Part shown: piece by piece, positions 62,341-64,000 of the stretch
How positions within the stretch are numbered: the first letter of the stretch is position 1
How the letters are laid out: the number at the start of each line of letters is the position of its first letter
Origin: the human T2T-CHM13v2.0 reference genome, Homo sapiens
DNA length: 64,000 bases
Reading direction: 5' to 3' (one strand)
Assembly (NCBI RefSeq): GCF_009914755.1
Contig: NC_060927.1
Notes under the pieces: generated by a model
What the model was told of the DNA's origin: nothing
Databases searched by the model: none
The model's input: only the letters and a program-made list of their open reading frames with translations
Translations under genes and position numbers: made by a program

Positions 62341-63559
62341 TGGTACCAAGGACAGGTGAGATGCTGAGTACTGGGGATTGAAAGCACAAAGCCTGCCTTC
62401 AAAGAGTCCTAAGACAAATGCAGGAGATAATAAGGGGGCAGACTGTTAAGTTTCTGCTTGATAGTGCCATGGTAGGGAAATGTGACTTCTCTGGAATTAC
62501 AACTGAGTGACCTGGGATTATTGACACATTACAACATCAGCAGCCAAAGGTATGTGCTAGAGAATCCTATTTCCCTGTTACATCCTTCCACAGTTTCATG
62601 ATTACATTCTCCTTCATGGCATGTGACCAGCCACATCTGGCCATGTTTTCTTAGCCAACCACATCTTTATCGCAAAAGAATGACATTTCAAGCAGTAGCT
62701 TCTTAGATTTCCATTCAGTCTTGGTCCGTTTTTCTGGCCTTCTGTGGGTGTGCTGTGGGGATGATGTCTATGACTTTTTCTTAATTATCCAGAAAATTCT
62801 GGCCAAGCACCTTTTCTTGCAGAGGGGAGAAGGTGAAGAGGTTTCAGGAGAGAAAAGTATATGTGTGGGGGCGTCAGAACATGGCATTCTGATGAATGTG
62901 GTCTTATGCTGGGAAGAAACCTCCAGGGCTGAAATCACCAGGAACTCAATATCTGTTTACAAAACTGGCCTTGAGGATTGAAGCTCAGAACACAAGACTC
63001 TTGCCAGTTGTTCTAAGAAAGCTTCTGCTCTTTCCCAGTCATTCAAACTGCACCACCTTATCGACTTCCCCTCACGGTGAATGCTCAGGATCTCCTTGGC
63101 AACGTGGGTGAAGATACCTGCTGGCTCTCTTGACAGTTCTCGTCTTTGGCTTGGCCAATAAACCCCCTTTAGGGAAGTAGAAAGATGGTGGCAACAGACA
63201 GCTCCTCAGCTCCACCTGCCTTCCCTTCTTCAGGGGAGCTTATGACCATCAGGGTGGCTGTGATGCTTCCCTGGATGTTTGGCTCACAGTGAAGAAGCAT
63301 GAGGACAAATACACAGACAACAAAAACATTTGATGTGCCCATGACAGCTGGGTTTGCTTCACGATTTGTGTAGGACACGTCTTATATGTGCATGCACTGT
63401 TGGCAGCAGACTGCAGAGAGTCTTAAGGGTTTTCCAATATGACTTGGGAATTGCAAGCTGATGATACCATGGTACCACAACCTGCAGTGTGGCAAGCCTA
63501 CCAGCACCAGGTCAAGTGTGTGTCTCTGTTTGATTTCCTCTATTCAAGGGGATTGAAAC

Positions 63560-63850
63560 AATGATTTGAGGGCAAGTCATTTATTTGGAAGGTGATCTCA
63601 GGAAAAACTGTTGGAGAGCAGGGAAGGAAGCCAATAAAAGATTTGTCATCAAGCTGGTTACCTCTGCAGGCAAGCTCCATGGGGAAACTGGTAGAACGTA
63701 CACCTCAGGGTTATCCCACCCAAGGAGAGAGGGAGCTGGGGTATTTGTACACCCGATACAGTCAGCCTTGTTTAAAGGAAGATGCAGAGAGGAATGTCTG
63801 ACCTCATAAACAGAGCCCACCAATGTTAGTGAGCCAAGGACGAGAGATGC
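63560..63850 (-). mobile_element. ERVL-type LTR relic (LTR16/LTR33-like)
   Basis: 'tttatttggaaggtgatctcagg..gggaaggaagccaataaa..gggagctggggtattt'. Confidence 0.6.
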
Positions 63851-64000
63851 CGAGTCTCTCAGAGCATGGGAGGAAAGGTAAGCTTTGGGCTACAAACGTT
63901 GCTTCACTGTTTGGTGGTGATGACTATGTGAGAAAAACTAGACACTTGTCTTACCATATGTGAAAAGTTGTAAGACCAAATGTAACATCAAAGGGCAGGG

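Overview
Human genomic DNA: it is Alu/L1-rich and carries a human-specific AluYb8. The window covers the 3' part of the integrin alpha-9 gene ITGA9 (+ strand). Four phase-0 coding exons are directly readable with canonical AG/GT boundaries: 23570-23695, 26076-26195, 31149-31250 and the transmembrane exon 49981-50100 (probably exons 24-27 of 28). The last exon (GFFRR tail) lies beyond the window end. The 18.7-kb intron before the TM exon holds a full-length antisense processed pseudogene of NDUFAF4: a 175-codon frame with one nonsense codon, a long 3'UTR, a candidate TSD and a nested AluY. The rest is intron with about 30 Alus, old and primate L1s, L2/MIR, solo LTRs (MER41, MER34/39, MaLR, ERVL) and DNA-transposon relics. 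Almost all ORF-track entries are Alu-derived or chance ORFs. I see no evidence of a wholly new multi-gene system. The best leads are splicing and regulatory features: an Alu whose TSD contains the likely branch point of the TM exon, inverted Alus around that skippable in-frame exon, a candidate Alu exon that would replace the cytoplasmic tail, CTCF, GATA, FOX:ETS and GAS motifs, and template-switch hairpins. Repeat subfamily calls and boundaries were made by eye and are approximate.
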